Assembly (NCBI GenBank): GCA_963843145.1
Contig: CAWJJC010000020.1
Location: 224,001-288,000 of the forward strand
Direction: 5' to 3'
DNA length: 64,000 nt
From: an uncultured delta proteobacterium
Lineage (GTDB): Bacteria > Desulfobacterota > RBG-13-43-22
Shown one piece after another: positions 20,733 through 31,584 of this stretch. Positions within the stretch are counted from its first letter, which is position 1. Every line of letters starts with the position of its first letter. The notes under the pieces are model-generated. The model was not told where the DNA came from. It saw nothing but the letters and a program-made list of their open reading frames with translations, and made no database searches. The position numbers were made by a program, and so were the translations under genes.

Positions 20733-20760
20733 ATTATACAAAAAGAACCGGGTGGAGCAA
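20733..20760 (-). promoter_or_regulatory. Putative sigma70 promoter for the riboswitch-antiporter transcript
   Basis: TTGCTC-16 nt-TATAAT on the minus strand, ~22 nt upstream of the aptamer. Confidence 0.55.
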
Positions 20761-20972
20761 GAGAAATCGCCCCGCCGGAGGCCGTCAAGGGGAAAAGCCA
20801 GGATTCGGAGCGGAAAATGCCGCTTTGGTGGCCGAAGAGGCCTTTAAACACTTTCCAGAAATTGGAAGCCTTTTAGGGGACAGGGCTCTTTAAATTATGA
20901 ATTTTGGAAAATGGGGGGCCTGATAAAAGCCATTAAATATATAACTAATTGAAATTGCATATAAAAATTTTT

Positions 20973-20988
20973 TGGCATGATAAATGCT
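20973..20988 (+). promoter_or_regulatory. Putative sigma54 promoter
   Basis: TGGCATGATAAATGCT with GG/GC at -24/-12 spacing in AT-rich DNA. Confidence 0.65.
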
Positions 20989-21072
20989 TACATAAGATCT
21001 ATATCTCTACATTATGTAGAGAAAGATTTGAAAGTCTTTTTATAGAAATTATAAGTAGGGAGGTGAATTTAA

Positions 21073-21390
21073 ATGAAAAAGATCATCGTTTGGACTATGG
21101 CTTTGGTATTTGCCCTGTCTGTTTCTATGGCTTTTGCCGCTGATGAAAAGGCTACTCCTGCCGAAAAAAAGGCCGCGCAAAAAGTTGAAAAGGCTGGGAC
21201 AAAGGCTGCCGAAAAGGTGGACATGACTGCAGTACCGGCTGCCGAAAAGGTTCAAAAGGCTGAAGAAAAGGCTGTCGAAAAGGTTGATAAGACCGCCGTA
21301 AAGGCCAAGAAGAAGGTAAAGAAAGCCAAGAAAGCAGCGGTAAAGAAGGTGCAAGAAAAGAAAGACGAGATGAAAGAAGAAAAGAAATAA
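21073..21390 (+). CDS. Small secreted Lys/Ala/Glu-rich low-complexity protein
   Basis: Signal peptide ending AFA, repeated AAEKV/KAEEK units, GGAGG SD and a terminator. Confidence 0.85.
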   Translation: MKKIIVWTMALVFALSVSMAFAADEKATPAEKKAAQKVEKAGTKAAEKVDMTAVPAAEKVQKAEEKAVEKVDKTAVKAKKKVKKAKKAAVKKVQEKKDEMKEEKK

Positions 21391-21412
21391 TCTTCTTATC
21401 TTACTGCCCGAT

Positions 21413-21456
21413 AAAAAGGGGTGAAATCGGGTTATCCGGTTTCACCTTTTTTATTT
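21413..21456 (+). terminator. Rho-independent terminator
   Basis: GGTGAAATCGG-GTTAT-CCGGTTTCACC followed by a T tract. Confidence 0.8.
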
Positions 21457-21759
21457 ATACCCCTCATTATACCTCTCCCGCACTGATGAAATTGTAAAAG
21501 CTACGGAATTCATCCGGCGTCCCTCAAGGTTCCCCTCAATCATTATTTGGATAATTACGGGCCCCATCTTCAAATTCAGTGATACCTGGCAACTGGTTAT
21601 AAATACTGGAACTACTATTGTGACTTTTCTTATGGTGTTCTTAATTCAGATCCCGTTTCACCTTCCCTAATCAACGCCGAATGATCGATCCTTCTTATTT
21701 ATCGAGCACCTCTTCTATCTGATCAATATTCCCTCCTCCTAAATCAATTCAATCGAACG

Positions 21760-22293
21760 TTAACTCCCAGGAAGAAACCGTTCTTTTTCGCTAAAGACGC
21801 AGCCGCAGTAGGGCTGCCGGTAGAGGCCCAGGGCCTTGGACTCCTTGACCCCCTCGTTCCAGCCGCTCCGAAAATCCTGGTAATAAAAGGGGATCTCATA
21901 GCGGTTGCTGATTTCCTCCCCCACTTCCCGGATCCAGTCATGTTTTTGGTAGCGGCTGTAAAGCAGGGTGGTGGTGAAGGCCTCGAAGGATTGCGCTCGG
22001 GCTTCCTGCGCGGCAGCCGTGAGCCGCATCCGGTAGCAGACCCGACAGCGGTCCGGCCCCCAGGGACGGGTTTGGGATAGAAATTCCTCGAGGTCGTAGC
22101 TCGGATCAAAATGAACTTTCAGGTCCGCTTTTTGGGCGTACTCCTCCAGCGTGGCTTTTCGCCTGATAAATTCGCGGTAGGGATGGATGTTGGGATTGTA
22201 GAAAAACCCGGCGACCTGGTGGTTCTGTTCCCGCAGAACCTTCAGCGGGTAGATGGTGCAGGGGGCGCAGCAGGTGTGCAGCAGTAGTTTCAT
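21760..22293 (-). CDS. queH: Epoxyqueuosine reductase QueH (DUF208)
   Basis: LLLHTCCAPC, YNPNIHP, RCxxCY, LYRQPYCGC. Confidence 0.93.
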   Translation of the reverse strand: MKLLLHTCCAPCTIYPLKVLREQNHQVAGFFYNPNIHPYREFIRRKATLEEYAQKADLKVHFDPSYDLEEFLSQTRPWGPDRCRVCYRMRLTAAAQEARAQSFEAFTTTLLYSRYQKHDWIREVGEEISNRYEIPFYYQDFRSGWNEGVKESKALGLYRQPYCGCVFSEKERFLPGS

Positions 22294-22321
22294 ACGGCTA
22301 GAAAATCCGGAAAAGACTATT

Positions 22322-22422
22322 CACCGCAAAGACGCTAAGGACGCAAAGGAGATTTTTTGCTCCGCCACGGCGGAGCAAGATAAAATTTCTTCAATCTTTG
22401 CGTCCTTTGCGCCTTTGCGGTG
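22322..22422. repeat. Nested palindromic intergenic element
   Basis: CACCGCAAAGACGC..GGACGCAAAG / CTTTGCGTCC..GCGCCTTTGCGGTG arms around an inner TTGCTCCGCC-AC-GGCGGAGCAA hairpin. Confidence 0.8.
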
Positions 22423-22435
22423 GATATTGATTTTT

Positions 22436-23305
22436 TTACCCCATCAACTCCTTGACGGCCTCTCCCACTTTGGTCAGGTCCACCACCACCCGGATGCCGG
22501 CAGCCTTCAGCACGGCCATTTTTTCCTGGGCGGTTCCTGATTTCCCGGAGATGATGGCTCCGGCGTGGCCCATGCGGCGTCCGGGAGGGGCCGTCTGGCC
22601 GGCAATGAAGGTCACCACCGGTTTGGGAAAATGCTCCTTAATGAAAGCGGCGGCCTCTTCTTCGGCGGTCCCGCCGATCTCGCCGATCAGGACCACCCCA
22701 CTGGTCTGACCATCCTCGGCAAACAACTTTAATAGATCGATAAAGTTCAACCCGATAATCGGGTCTCCGCCGATCCCCAGGCAGGTGGACTGGCCCAGAC
22801 CCTGTTTGCTGATCTGATCCACCACCTCGTAGGTCAGGGTGCCGCTGCGGGAGATGACGCCGACAGATCCCGGCTGAAAGATATACCCCGGCATGATCCC
22901 CAGCTTGCAGGCCCCGGGGGTGATGATCCCCGGGCAGTTGGGCCCGATCAGGACCGACGAGCGGCCTTTCAAATAATGCTTCACCCGGACCATATCCAGG
23001 GTGGGCAACCCTTCGGTGATACAGGCAATAACCCCGATCCCCGCGGCCGCGGCCTCCATAATGGTATCGGGAGCAAAAGCGGGAGGCACGAAGATGATGG
23101 AAACGTTGGCCCCCTGTTCAGCCACCGCGTCCGCCACCGTATGGTAAACCGGCACCCCTTCCAGTTTTTGGCCGGCCTTGCCCGGCGTCACCCCGGCCAC
23201 CACTTGGGTGCCGTATTCCAGCATTTGTCTGGTGTGGAAGCTCCCTTCCTTTCCGGTGACCCCTTGAACCACAACCCGGCTTTTCTTGTCGACCAAAATG
23301 CTCAC
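22436..23305 (-). CDS. sucD: Succinyl-CoA synthetase alpha subunit
   Basis: [30 protein letters not shown]; GTG start at 23305 with GAGGAGG SD. Confidence 0.95.
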   Translation of the reverse strand: MSILVDKKSRVVVQGVTGKEGSFHTRQMLEYGTQVVAGVTPGKAGQKLEGVPVYHTVADAVAEQGANVSIIFVPPAFAPDTIMEAAAAGIGVIACITEGLPTLDMVRVKHYLKGRSSVLIGPNCPGIITPGACKLGIMPGYIFQPGSVGVISRSGTLTYEVVDQISKQGLGQSTCLGIGGDPIIGLNFIDLLKLFAEDGQTSGVVLIGEIGGTAEEEAAAFIKEHFPKPVVTFIAGQTAPPGRRMGHAGAIISGKSGTAQEKMAVLKAAGIRVVVDLTKVGEAVKELMG

Positions 23306-23318
23306 GGCAGCCTCCTCA

Positions 23319-24485
23319 TCAATTCCGTTGGACCAGTTGGCCGACCTTTTTCGCGGCCTCGGCCATGGTAGGGGAAACAATAAAATCCAGCCCGGATTGA
23401 TTCAACAGCTCCCGACCCCGGTCCACATTGGTCCCCTCCAGGCGGATAATCAGGGGTACCCGAAGGACCACCTTCCGGGCTGCTTCGATCAGCCCCTCGG
23501 CCAGGACATCGCACCGGAGGATGCCCCCAAATATGTTGACCAGCACGGCCTTGACCCGTTCATCGGAAAGGATGATCCGGAAGCCGTTGGCGATCGTCTC
23601 CGCGCTGGCCCCTCCGCCCACGTCCAGGAAATTGGCGGGCTCCCCGCCGTAGAGCTTGATTAAGTCCATGGTAGCCATGGCCAGGCCGGCGCCATTGACC
23701 ATCACCCCGATGTTGCCATTCAGACGGATATAATTCAGATTGTATTTATTCGCCTCCAGCTCCAGGGGGTCCTGTTCACTGGGATCCATCAGCTCCAGCA
23801 ATTCCTTATGGCGGAAAAGGGCGTTGTCGTCAAAATTCACCTTGCCGTCCAGGGCCATCAGTCGGTCGTCCCGGGTGACCACCAGGGGGTTGATCTCCAC
23901 CAGGGAACAATCGAGTTGTTCAAAGAGCTTTACTAAGTTGGTAATCAGGGCTATCCCGGATTTAACCGACCCGGCGGGCAATCCCAGGCTGTAAATAATA
24001 TTCCGGGCCTGGAAGGCCTGGAAGCCGACGGCCGGATCGATCCACTCCCGGTGGATCAGGTGGGGCGTCTTTTCGGCCACCTCCTCAATATCCATGCCCC
24101 CTGACCGGCTGGCCATGATCGCCGGACAGGCCCTGGCCCGGTCCACGACGATCCCCAGGTACAATTCCTGGGCGATCGGCACCCCCTCTTCGATCAGCAC
24201 TTTGAGCACTTGTTTACCTTCCGGGCCGGTCTGATGGGTAACCAGGGTCATGCCCAATATTTCGCTGACCCGGCTTCGGAATTCATCCAAGGTCTGGGCC
24301 ACCTTGACCCCGCCACCCTTTCCCCGGCCCCCGGCGTGAATCTGGGCCTTAACCACATAAGGAGGCGCCCCCAAGGCCTGAGCGGCCTCCAGGGCTTCCG
24401 GGGAGGAAAACACCGCCTGTCCCTTGGGAATGGGAATCCCGTACTGGGCAAAAAGGGCCTTGGCCTGGTATTCGTGAATCTTCAT
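23319..24485 (-). CDS. sucC: Succinyl-CoA synthetase beta subunit
   Basis: [41 protein letters not shown]. Confidence 0.96.
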   Translation of the reverse strand: MKIHEYQAKALFAQYGIPIPKGQAVFSSPEALEAAQALGAPPYVVKAQIHAGGRGKGGGVKVAQTLDEFRSRVSEILGMTLVTHQTGPEGKQVLKVLIEEGVPIAQELYLGIVVDRARACPAIMASRSGGMDIEEVAEKTPHLIHREWIDPAVGFQAFQARNIIYSLGLPAGSVKSGIALITNLVKLFEQLDCSLVEINPLVVTRDDRLMALDGKVNFDDNALFRHKELLELMDPSEQDPLELEANKYNLNYIRLNGNIGVMVNGAGLAMATMDLIKLYGGEPANFLDVGGGASAETIANGFRIILSDERVKAVLVNIFGGILRCDVLAEGLIEAARKVVLRVPLIIRLEGTNVDRGRELLNQSGLDFIVSPTMAEAAKKVGQLVQRN

Positions 24486-24582
24486 GGATGCGCCCCCTGT
24501 TCAGGAATTTTCTCAACTTACCCAAAGGGTTTTTAGGTGTCAATTAAAAATGACGGATTCTGTCGAAGCCGTCATAAATCAA

Positions 24583-24638
24583 AGCCCCCTCACCCTTCCT
24601 CTCCCCCGATCGGGAGGAGAGATAAGGATGAGGGGGCT
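24583..24638. repeat. REP-like imperfect palindrome
   Basis: AGCCCCCTCACCCTT..CTCTCC..GGAGAG..AAGGATGAGGGGGCT. Confidence 0.65.
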
Positions 24639-24673
24639 GTAACCGCTAAAAATATAACTGGAATAATTCTTAC

Positions 24674-25978
24674 TTACTTCTGGCGTTCGTCGATGACCCT
24701 CTTGGCCTTGCCTTCGCTGCGGGTGATGGTCCCCGGGGCCACCAATCGTACCCGGATGCCGATACCGATCATCCCTTTTATATGATTCTCTATTTTTTGC
24801 TCGGCTCCTTTAATCGTTTCCGCACCGGCTTCGTAGATCGCCGGTTTGGCCTCCACATGCACCTCCAGGGTGTCCAGATAGCCCCTCTTCTTCACGATAA
24901 TGACGTACTGGGGCTCCACCTCTTTCTGGTCCAACAGCAGGCTTTCGATCTGGGAAGGGAAAATATTGACCCCGCTGATGATCAGCATATCGTCGCTGCG
25001 CCCGTAGACCTTTTCCATTTTTACCAAAGTGCGGCCGCAGGCGCATTTTTCCCGTTTGATAGAGGTGATATCCCGGGTGCGGTAGCGTAAGAGCGGCATG
25101 GCCTGGCGCTGGATGGCGGTAAAAACCAATTCCCCTTTTTGACCCAGGGGCAGAACTTCCCCGGTGACGGGATCGATAATTTCAATCAGGATATGGTCTT
25201 CATTGACGTGCAGGTAGCCGTCCTGAGCTTCGCAGTCGAAGGCCACCCCCGGCCCCCCCAATTCGGTCAGTCCATAAGCCTCATGGGCCTTGATGCCCAT
25301 CCGTTCCTCGATTTCCTTGCGCATCTCCTGGGTCCAGGGCTCGGCCCCGAAGACCCCTACCCGGAGAGGCAGGGATTTCATATCCACACCCATCTGAGCG
25401 GCCTTTTCGGCAATCGTCAGGGCATAGGAGGGGGTGGAGAAGAGAACGGTGCTTCGAAAATCCTGCATGATGGTAATCTGCCGTTCCGTCTGGCCGGAAG
25501 AGGTGGGGACTACCGTGGCCCCGATTTTGGTGGCTCCCTGGTGGAAGCCGAGTCCGCCGGTGAACAATCCATACCCGTAGGCGTTCTGAATGATGTCATT
25601 GGACCGTACCCCGGCCGCCGTCATGTTTCGGGCCATGCAATCGGTCCACTGTTCCAGATCGTCCGCCGTATAAGGACCGGTGATGGGTTTGCCGGTGGTG
25701 CCGGAGGAGGCGTGGACCCGGACCAGATCTTGGACGGGAATGGCACAGAGGCCAAAAGGATAATTGTCCCGCAGGTCGTTTTTGACGGTGAAGGGCAGTT
25801 TGGCCAAGTCAGTCAATGATTTGATATCCGCAGGTTTTACCCCCAGGTCCTCCAGCTTGTTTTTATAAAAAGGGATTTTCTCATAAACCCATTGGACCGT
25901 TTTCTTCAACTGATTGAGCTGGAAATCCTGCATGGCTTCCACCGACATGGTCTCGAACTTTTCGTCCCAGTACTTCAT
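24674..25978 (-). CDS. paaK: Phenylacetate-CoA ligase family protein
   Basis: HASSGTTGKP, YGYGLFTGGLG, YGLTE, RYRTRD, GRSDDM, EGKAKRVID. Confidence 0.9.
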   Translation of the reverse strand: MKYWDEKFETMSVEAMQDFQLNQLKKTVQWVYEKIPFYKNKLEDLGVKPADIKSLTDLAKLPFTVKNDLRDNYPFGLCAIPVQDLVRVHASSGTTGKPITGPYTADDLEQWTDCMARNMTAAGVRSNDIIQNAYGYGLFTGGLGFHQGATKIGATVVPTSSGQTERQITIMQDFRSTVLFSTPSYALTIAEKAAQMGVDMKSLPLRVGVFGAEPWTQEMRKEIEERMGIKAHEAYGLTELGGPGVAFDCEAQDGYLHVNEDHILIEIIDPVTGEVLPLGQKGELVFTAIQRQAMPLLRYRTRDITSIKREKCACGRTLVKMEKVYGRSDDMLIISGVNIFPSQIESLLLDQKEVEPQYVIIVKKRGYLDTLEVHVEAKPAIYEAGAETIKGAEQKIENHIKGMIGIGIRVRLVAPGTITRSEGKAKRVIDERQK

Positions 25979-26138
25979 AACGCCCTCCTTAAAATAGTAT
26001 TAGCTCCACCGATGCCCGCCGCTGGCTAAGGGGTACTCCGTAACTACGATGTGATTATAATATAATTAAAATTAAAATACGGTTATCAGGGAACCATAGG
26101 CCTGTCAAGCGATTTCTTGACCGGATCCGGTCGGCGGT

Positions 26139-26369
26139 TTAATCCTTTTTGGGGAGGGTTTTTTTGACCTGTTCGAGATGGGCTTCAAATTCGGGGAACA
26201 GATCGGAAATGAAACGGACTCCTTGTTTGGTGAAGCCGGTATAGGTGTCGGAAACCACGTACTTGCGAAGGTCTATATAGCTCTTGCCCTTATACTCCTT
26301 CACCGAAAACAAGAGGTAGTCGGTGGGGTTCAGTTGCATTCGGGCGATTTCTCCGTCTTCTTTTTCCAT
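26139..26369 (-). CDS. PC4/YdbC-like ssDNA-binding protein
   Basis: EYKGKSYIDLRKY..TKQGV motif. Confidence 0.75.
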   Translation of the reverse strand: MEKEDGEIARMQLNPTDYLLFSVKEYKGKSYIDLRKYVVSDTYTGFTKQGVRFISDLFPEFEAHLEQVKKTLPKKD

Positions 26370-26503
26370 GGAAACCCTCTCTCGTTTAATAAAAATGAAA
26401 TGTCTTTCAAGTCTTTACTTCTATGCTCTGCCCTTCCTCTCTGTCAAGGGAAAAATGGGGGGAATCCCATACTTTTCAAGGCCATAGAAAATCCTAAAAA
26501 TTC

Positions 26504-26560
26504 TTGACATCAATTAGGCGGTATGATAGAAGCGGTTGGACTCTGTAAAAATATTCACAA
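26504..26560 (+). promoter_or_regulatory. sigma70 promoter plus Rex-like operator upstream of hppA
   Basis: TTGACA-17-TAGAAG with TGn; CTGTAAAAATATTCACAA (26543-26560) is two mismatches from TTGTGAAnnnnTTCACAA. Confidence 0.5.
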
Positions 26561-26723
26561 GTCATCAAACACCTTCCATTTTTTAAAATTGGGCAGTACT
26601 AAAACAAAGGGATTATCCTAAATTGCGTAAAAAGGAGGTGGGGCCGGGAACCGCGCCGGGATTCACGTAACGCCACTGATTTTCTAGTATTTTCAACCTT
26701 AAGGAGGAGAGGAGAGAACGTTT

Positions 26724-28817
26724 ATGGACATTATCGTATTTGCGCTTATCTGCGGCGCCGCCGGGGTGGTGTACGCCCTCGTGACCGCGGCCTGGGTGTC
26801 CAAGCAAGACGCCGGGTCCACACGTATGCAGGATATCTCGAACGCGGTCAAAGAAGGCGCTTACGCCTTTCTGGCCCGTGAATACAAGACCGTGGCCATA
26901 GTGGCCGTGATTCTGCTGATCATCATTGCCGTGGTCCCGGCCCTCGGCCCCTGGACGGCCCTCGGCTTCATTATCGGGACGGCCGGCTCGGCCTTTGCCG
27001 GCTTTGTCGGCATGTGGGTGACGGTCCGGGCCAACGTCCGGACGACCCAGGCGGCCACCAAGGGGATCCAGGCCGCGCTGACCCTGTCATTCAAGGGCGG
27101 TTCGGTCACGGGCATCATGGTGGTGGGTCTGGGCATCATCGGGTTGGCGGGGTATTTCGCCATTGCCCGGGCTTATGCCGGAGAGGAGGCCTTCCGGGCC
27201 CTTATCGGCCTCGGCTTCGGCTGCTCCCTGATGAGCGTCTTCGCCCGGATCGCCGGCGGTATCTACACCAAGGCGGCCGACGTGGGCGCCGACCTGGTCG
27301 GTAAGGTGGAAGCCGGCATCCCGGAAGACGACCCTCGCAACCCGGCGGTTATCGCCGACAACGTGGGCGACAACGTGGGCGACTGCGCCGGAATGGCAGC
27401 CGACTTGTATGAAACCTATACGGTAACGCTGGTAGCCGCCATGCTGCTGGCCAAGTCGGTTTTCGGCGCCGATAGCCCCTGGGTCGAATTCCCGCTGCTC
27501 CTGGGCGGTGTTTCGATTATTGCCTCGATCATCGGCACCTACTTCGTGAAGCTCGGCGCCAAGCAGTACATTATGGGCGCGCTGTATAAGGGCCTGGCCG
27601 TCTCGGGTGTGCTCGCAGCCATCGCCTTTTATGCGGTAACGGTCTGGTTCATGGGAGGCCTCGGCGACAAGACCGGCGGCTTCACCCCCGCGAGCATCTT
27701 CGGTACGGCCTTAATCGGCCTGGTCCTGACCGGCCTCATCGTCGTGATTACGGAGTACTATACCGCCAATCAGTTCCGGCCGGTAAAGACCATCGCCAAA
27801 GCCAGTCTGACCGGCCACGGCACCAATGTGATCGCCGGCCTGGCCATGAGTATGGAAGCGACGGCATTGCCGGCGCTGGTTATCGTGGGCGCCATTCTTG
27901 GTTCGTATGCCCTCGGGGGGGGATTCAGCGGCAATGAGGGCGGCGTGAGCAGCGGGCTCTTCGCCATCGCCCTTTCCGCGGTTTCGATGCTCTCCATGAC
28001 CGGCATCGTGGTGGCCATCGACTCCTATGGACCGATCACGGACAACGCCGGCGGCATCGCCGAAATGGCCGAGCTTCCTCCGGAAGTGCGGGCGATTACC
28101 GATCCGCTCGATGCGGTCGGCAATACCACCAAGGCGGTCACCAAAGGCTATGCCATCGGTTCCGCCGCTCTGGCCGCATTGGTGCTTTTTGCCGAATATG
28201 CCCGGGAACTCGCCAAGGGGATGAGCGAAGTTAAATTCGATCTTTCCGATCCCATGGTCATTGCCGGCCTCTTTATCGGCGGGCTGATTCCCTACTACTA
28301 CGGCAGCCGGTTGATGCTGGCGGTCGGCCGGGCGGCGGGCGGCGTCGTTGAAGAGGTCCGCCGGCAGTTCCGGGAAATCAAGGGCATCATGGAAGGCACC
28401 GCCAAACCGGAGTACGGCAAGTGCGTGGACATCGTCACCAAGTCGGCCATCAAGGAGATGATGGTGCCGGCCCTTCTCCCGATCGTGGCCCCTATCCTGG
28501 TCGGCGTGTTCCTTGGGCCGAAGGCCCTCGGCGGTCTTCTGATCGGCTGTATCCTGACCGGCCTCTTCCAGGCTATCGCCATGACCTCCGGCGGCGGCGC
28601 CTGGGACAACGCCAAAAAATCCTTTGAAGACGGCGTCACGGACGATAAAGGCGTCGTGCATAAAAAGGGCAGTGAGGGGCATAAGGCGTCGGTCACCGGC
28701 GATACCGTCGGCGACCCCTATAAGGATACCGCCGGCCCGGCCATCAACCCGATGATCAAGGTTATGAACATCGTGGCCTTGTTGATTGTCCCTATCGTCA
28801 TTTCCTTGTGGAAATAG
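26724..28817 (+). CDS. hppA: Membrane pyrophosphatase, K+-independent H+-pumping type
   Basis: [30 protein letters not shown]; GNTTKA carries the Lys signature of K+-independent enzymes. Confidence 0.95.
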   Translation: MDIIVFALICGAAGVVYALVTAAWVSKQDAGSTRMQDISNAVKEGAYAFLAREYKTVAIVAVILLIIIAVVPALGPWTALGFIIGTAGSAFAGFVGMWVTVRANVRTTQAATKGIQAALTLSFKGGSVTGIMVVGLGIIGLAGYFAIARAYAGEEAFRALIGLGFGCSLMSVFARIAGGIYTKAADVGADLVGKVEAGIPEDDPRNPAVIADNVGDNVGDCAGMAADLYETYTVTLVAAMLLAKSVFGADSPWVEFPLLLGGVSIIASIIGTYFVKLGAKQYIMGALYKGLAVSGVLAAIAFYAVTVWFMGGLGDKTGGFTPASIFGTALIGLVLTGLIVVITEYYTANQFRPVKTIAKASLTGHGTNVIAGLAMSMEATALPALVIVGAILGSYALGGGFSGNEGGVSSGLFAIALSAVSMLSMTGIVVAIDSYGPITDNAGGIAEMAELPPEVRAITDPLDAVGNTTKAVTKGYAIGSAALAALVLFAEYARELAKGMSEVKFDLSDPMVIAGLFIGGLIPYYYGSRLMLAVGRAAGGVVEEVRRQFREIKGIMEGTAKPEYGKCVDIVTKSAIKEMMVPALLPIVAPILVGVFLGPKALGGLLIGCILTGLFQAIAMTSGGGAWDNAKKSFEDGVTDDKGVVHKKGSEGHKASVTGDTVGDPYKDTAGPAINPMIKVMNIVALLIVPIVISLWK

Positions 28818-28939
28818 TTTTCAGATACCCATAATCCAATTCATTCTATGCTGTGACTGGAGGGAACGGGGACAGGCCTCGTTCCCTCTTTTTTCCCCGG
28901 CGCCCCGCTCCCGGCCCTTTTTCGGTCCAACCTTCCTTC

Positions 28940-29065
28940 ATTTAATTCCCGCTTCGCCCTTTTGGGTGAATACCCCCATTATCTGGTAGGGCCACCGAGG
29001 CTTGGGTTCGGGTGATCTACTATATTTGTCGCCACCCACCCAAAAGGGCGAAGCGAGAATTAAAT
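28940..29065. mobile_element. MITE-like element with ~29-bp terminal inverted repeats (repeat family A, copy 3)
   Basis: ATTTAATTCCCGCTTCGCCCTTTTGGGTG ... CACCCAAAAGGGCGAAGCGAGAATTAAAT (1 mismatch). Confidence 0.75.
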
Positions 29066-29132
29066 AAGGCTTGACAGAAAACCTTCCCTGTGGTTTAAAT
29101 TAAGTTTAACCTTATTAAGGAGCGGTTTTTCC

Positions 29133-29267
29133 ATGAAAAGAACATTTCAGCCCAGCAATATTAAACGCGCCCGGACCCACGGTTTCCTGGTACGCATGAG
29201 TACCCGGGCCGGGAGGAACGTCATTAACCGTCGCCGGGCCAAGGGACGAAAACGATTAGCGGTCTAA
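29133..29267 (+). CDS. rpmH: 50S ribosomal protein L34 (not in ORF track)
   Basis: [44 protein letters not shown]. Confidence 0.97.
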   Translation: MKRTFQPSNIKRARTHGFLVRMSTRAGRNVINRRRAKGRKRLAV

Positions 29268-29297
29268 CAGCCGCTTTCCATTGCGAGGGATTCAGTA

Positions 29298-29639
29298 TTG
29301 GAGGTTGCGGTAGCCCAAACCTTTCGACCGGAAGATCGGGTCCGAAAACATCGCGATTTTGTGCAACGATCGCCGCAAACCCAAAAACTGCGCCTGGCCC
29401 ACTTTTTAGTCGTAATTAAACCGAACACCTGGGAACGCCCCCGGTTGGGATTGTCCGTAGGAAAAGAACGGGGAGGGGCCGTCGAACGCAACCGGATCAA
29501 ACGGCGGTTGCGGGAATTTTTTCGCCGGAATAAAGGCCGTCTCCCGCCTTCCCGGGACATCATCATTATCGCCTTAAAAGGATCGAGCCCATTAACATAC
29601 CATCAGGTTGTCGAAGAGTTGACCCCCCTATTGGTTTGA
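29298..29639 (+). CDS. rnpA: Ribonuclease P protein component
   Basis: RLGLSVGK..GAVERNRIKRRLRE motif and synteny. Confidence 0.93.
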   Translation: MEVAVAQTFRPEDRVRKHRDFVQRSPQTQKLRLAHFLVVIKPNTWERPRLGLSVGKERGGAVERNRIKRRLREFFRRNKGRLPPSRDIIIIALKGSSPLTYHQVVEELTPLLV

Positions 29640-29869
29640 TCAGGTTAGGGTACGGCCTCATTAGGAGCTTTTTTATAATAGGGATCCGAGGGTATCAGTG
29701 GGTAATTTCTCCCTTGTTCCCCTCCTCCTGCCGTTTTTATCCCACCTGTTCGGAATATGCTATCCAGGCCATTCAAACCTATGGTCTCTGCCGGGGGATA
29801 GCCCTGTCCTTGAAAAGGATAGGGCGCTGCCACCCTTTCTCACCTGGTGGGTTTGACCCCATCCGTTAA
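29636..29869 (+). CDS. yidD: Membrane protein insertion efficiency factor
   Basis: YQWVISP..CRFYPTCSEY..RCHPFSPGGFDP. Confidence 0.95.
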   Translation: MIRLGYGLIRSFFIIGIRGYQWVISPLFPSSCRFYPTCSEYAIQAIQTYGLCRGIALSLKRIGRCHPFSPGGFDPIR

Positions 29870-29909
29870 GGGCCGGTAATTCGACATTGACCCGGAGCCG
29901 ATCGACATT

Positions 29910-31562
29910 ATGATGGATAAAAAAGTTATCTTGGCCTTTGCCCTGTCTGTGGCGGTTTTTGTCCTCTACTCTTTTTTTCTCGGACCCAAAGAACCGGTTA
30001 AACCGCCAACTTCCAAACCCGGACAGCCGTCCAGCACGCCGATCGCTGAATCCCAGGCCGTTGCCCCTCCCGTAACGGCCGCCGCGGACGCTCCCACGAC
30101 GTCCTCGGCCCCGTCCTCCGCCAAGCCGGCTAAAGACATCACCGTTAAAACCAAATGGTATCAGGCCGTCTTTTCCGAAAGGGGAGGGAGCCTGAAAAGT
30201 TTTAAATTAACCGCCTACAAAGAACGGTTGGGGGATAAAGCCCTCAAGGAATTGATCGAGGTCCGGGAGGCCGACCAGTATCCCCTGCAACTGGAATGGA
30301 TTAAGAAAACCCAGCCCCCCTTAAACCAGGCCTTCTTTCAAGCCGATCGCACCTCCCTGGAATTGACCCCCCAGCAACCTCAGGGTATCCTGAATTTTCG
30401 TTTCGTCTCCGATCAAGGAATTAGCGTAATCAAGACCTTTACCTTTTCTTATGATTCCTACCGCATCGGCCTGGGGTTGAAGGTCATTAACGGCGCTTCA
30501 AAACCCCTGGATGACAATTTAGCCATTTTGCTGGAAAATAGTTTTCCGAAAACCGACAGAGCCGCCGCCGCCTTCCAAGGTGAACTGAGTTTAGTCAATG
30601 GCAAATTTGAATCAAAAAATATCAGCAAGTTCGATAAGGAATCGGTTCAGACCGGAAAAATCGAATGGGGTGCGCTCTCCGACACCTATTTCATGGGCGC
30701 CCTCGCGCCCGTGGATAGCGAGGGGATCGTCAGCCTGAAGACCAGCCGGCCCGCCCCGGATCAGTTGATGTCGACTTTTATCCTGCCCCCGATCAATCTG
30801 CCGTCCGGTGCGGAAAAAACCCTTCAGTATGCCCTCTATTTCGGCCCGCGGGATCTCAATATCTTGACACCCCTGAACCTGCAATTGGAAAAGGCCGTCA
30901 ATTTCGGGTTCTTTGACATTGTCTCCAAGCCCTTGCTTTGGGTACTGAATTTCTTTTACGGGTATCTCCATAATTATGGCTGGGCCATTATCCTCTTGAC
31001 CATCCTGGTGAAAATCGTCTTCTGGCCCTTGACCCATAAAAGCTACAAGTCCATGAAGGACATGCAAAAACTGCAGCCCAAGATGGCTAAGATCCGGGAA
31101 AAACATAAAGACAACAAAGAACAAATGAACCAGGAAATGATGGCCTTGTATAAAACCTACAAGGTTAATCCCATGGGGGGCTGTCTGCCCATGGTGATCC
31201 AGATACCGGTCTTTTTCGCCCTCTACAGCCTCTTGGGGTACGCCATCGAACTTCGGCACGCCCCATTTTTACTTTGGATCACTGACCTGGCGGCGCCGGA
31301 TCGCCTGCCGATCGGGGTCCCGATCCCCTATGTCGGCGAAGGGATTCCGGTATTGACCCTGCTCATGGGGGTCTCCATGTTCATTCAACAAAAAATGACT
31401 CCGACCACAGGCGATCCGACTCAGGCCAAAATCATGCTCTTTCTGCCGGTGGTCTTTACTTTCATGTTTATCAATTTTGCGGCGGGGTTGGTTTTGTACT
31501 GGCTGGTCAATAACGTCCTATCCATAGGTCAACAATACTATATCAACAAGTATGTGAATTGA
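29910..31562 (+). CDS. yidC: Membrane protein insertase YidC
   Basis: NYGWAII, GGCLPMVIQIPVFFALY, GLVLYWLVNN. Confidence 0.96.
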   Translation: MMDKKVILAFALSVAVFVLYSFFLGPKEPVKPPTSKPGQPSSTPIAESQAVAPPVTAAADAPTTSSAPSSAKPAKDITVKTKWYQAVFSERGGSLKSFKLTAYKERLGDKALKELIEVREADQYPLQLEWIKKTQPPLNQAFFQADRTSLELTPQQPQGILNFRFVSDQGISVIKTFTFSYDSYRIGLGLKVINGASKPLDDNLAILLENSFPKTDRAAAAFQGELSLVNGKFESKNISKFDKESVQTGKIEWGALSDTYFMGALAPVDSEGIVSLKTSRPAPDQLMSTFILPPINLPSGAEKTLQYALYFGPRDLNILTPLNLQLEKAVNFGFFDIVSKPLLWVLNFFYGYLHNYGWAIILLTILVKIVFWPLTHKSYKSMKDMQKLQPKMAKIREKHKDNKEQMNQEMMALYKTYKVNPMGGCLPMVIQIPVFFALYSLLGYAIELRHAPFLLWITDLAAPDRLPIGVPIPYVGEGIPVLTLLMGVSMFIQQKMTPTTGDPTQAKIMLFLPVVFTFMFINFAAGLVLYWLVNNVLSIGQQYYINKYVN

Positions 31563-31584
31563 TTCAGGCTACGGGGGGGTACCT

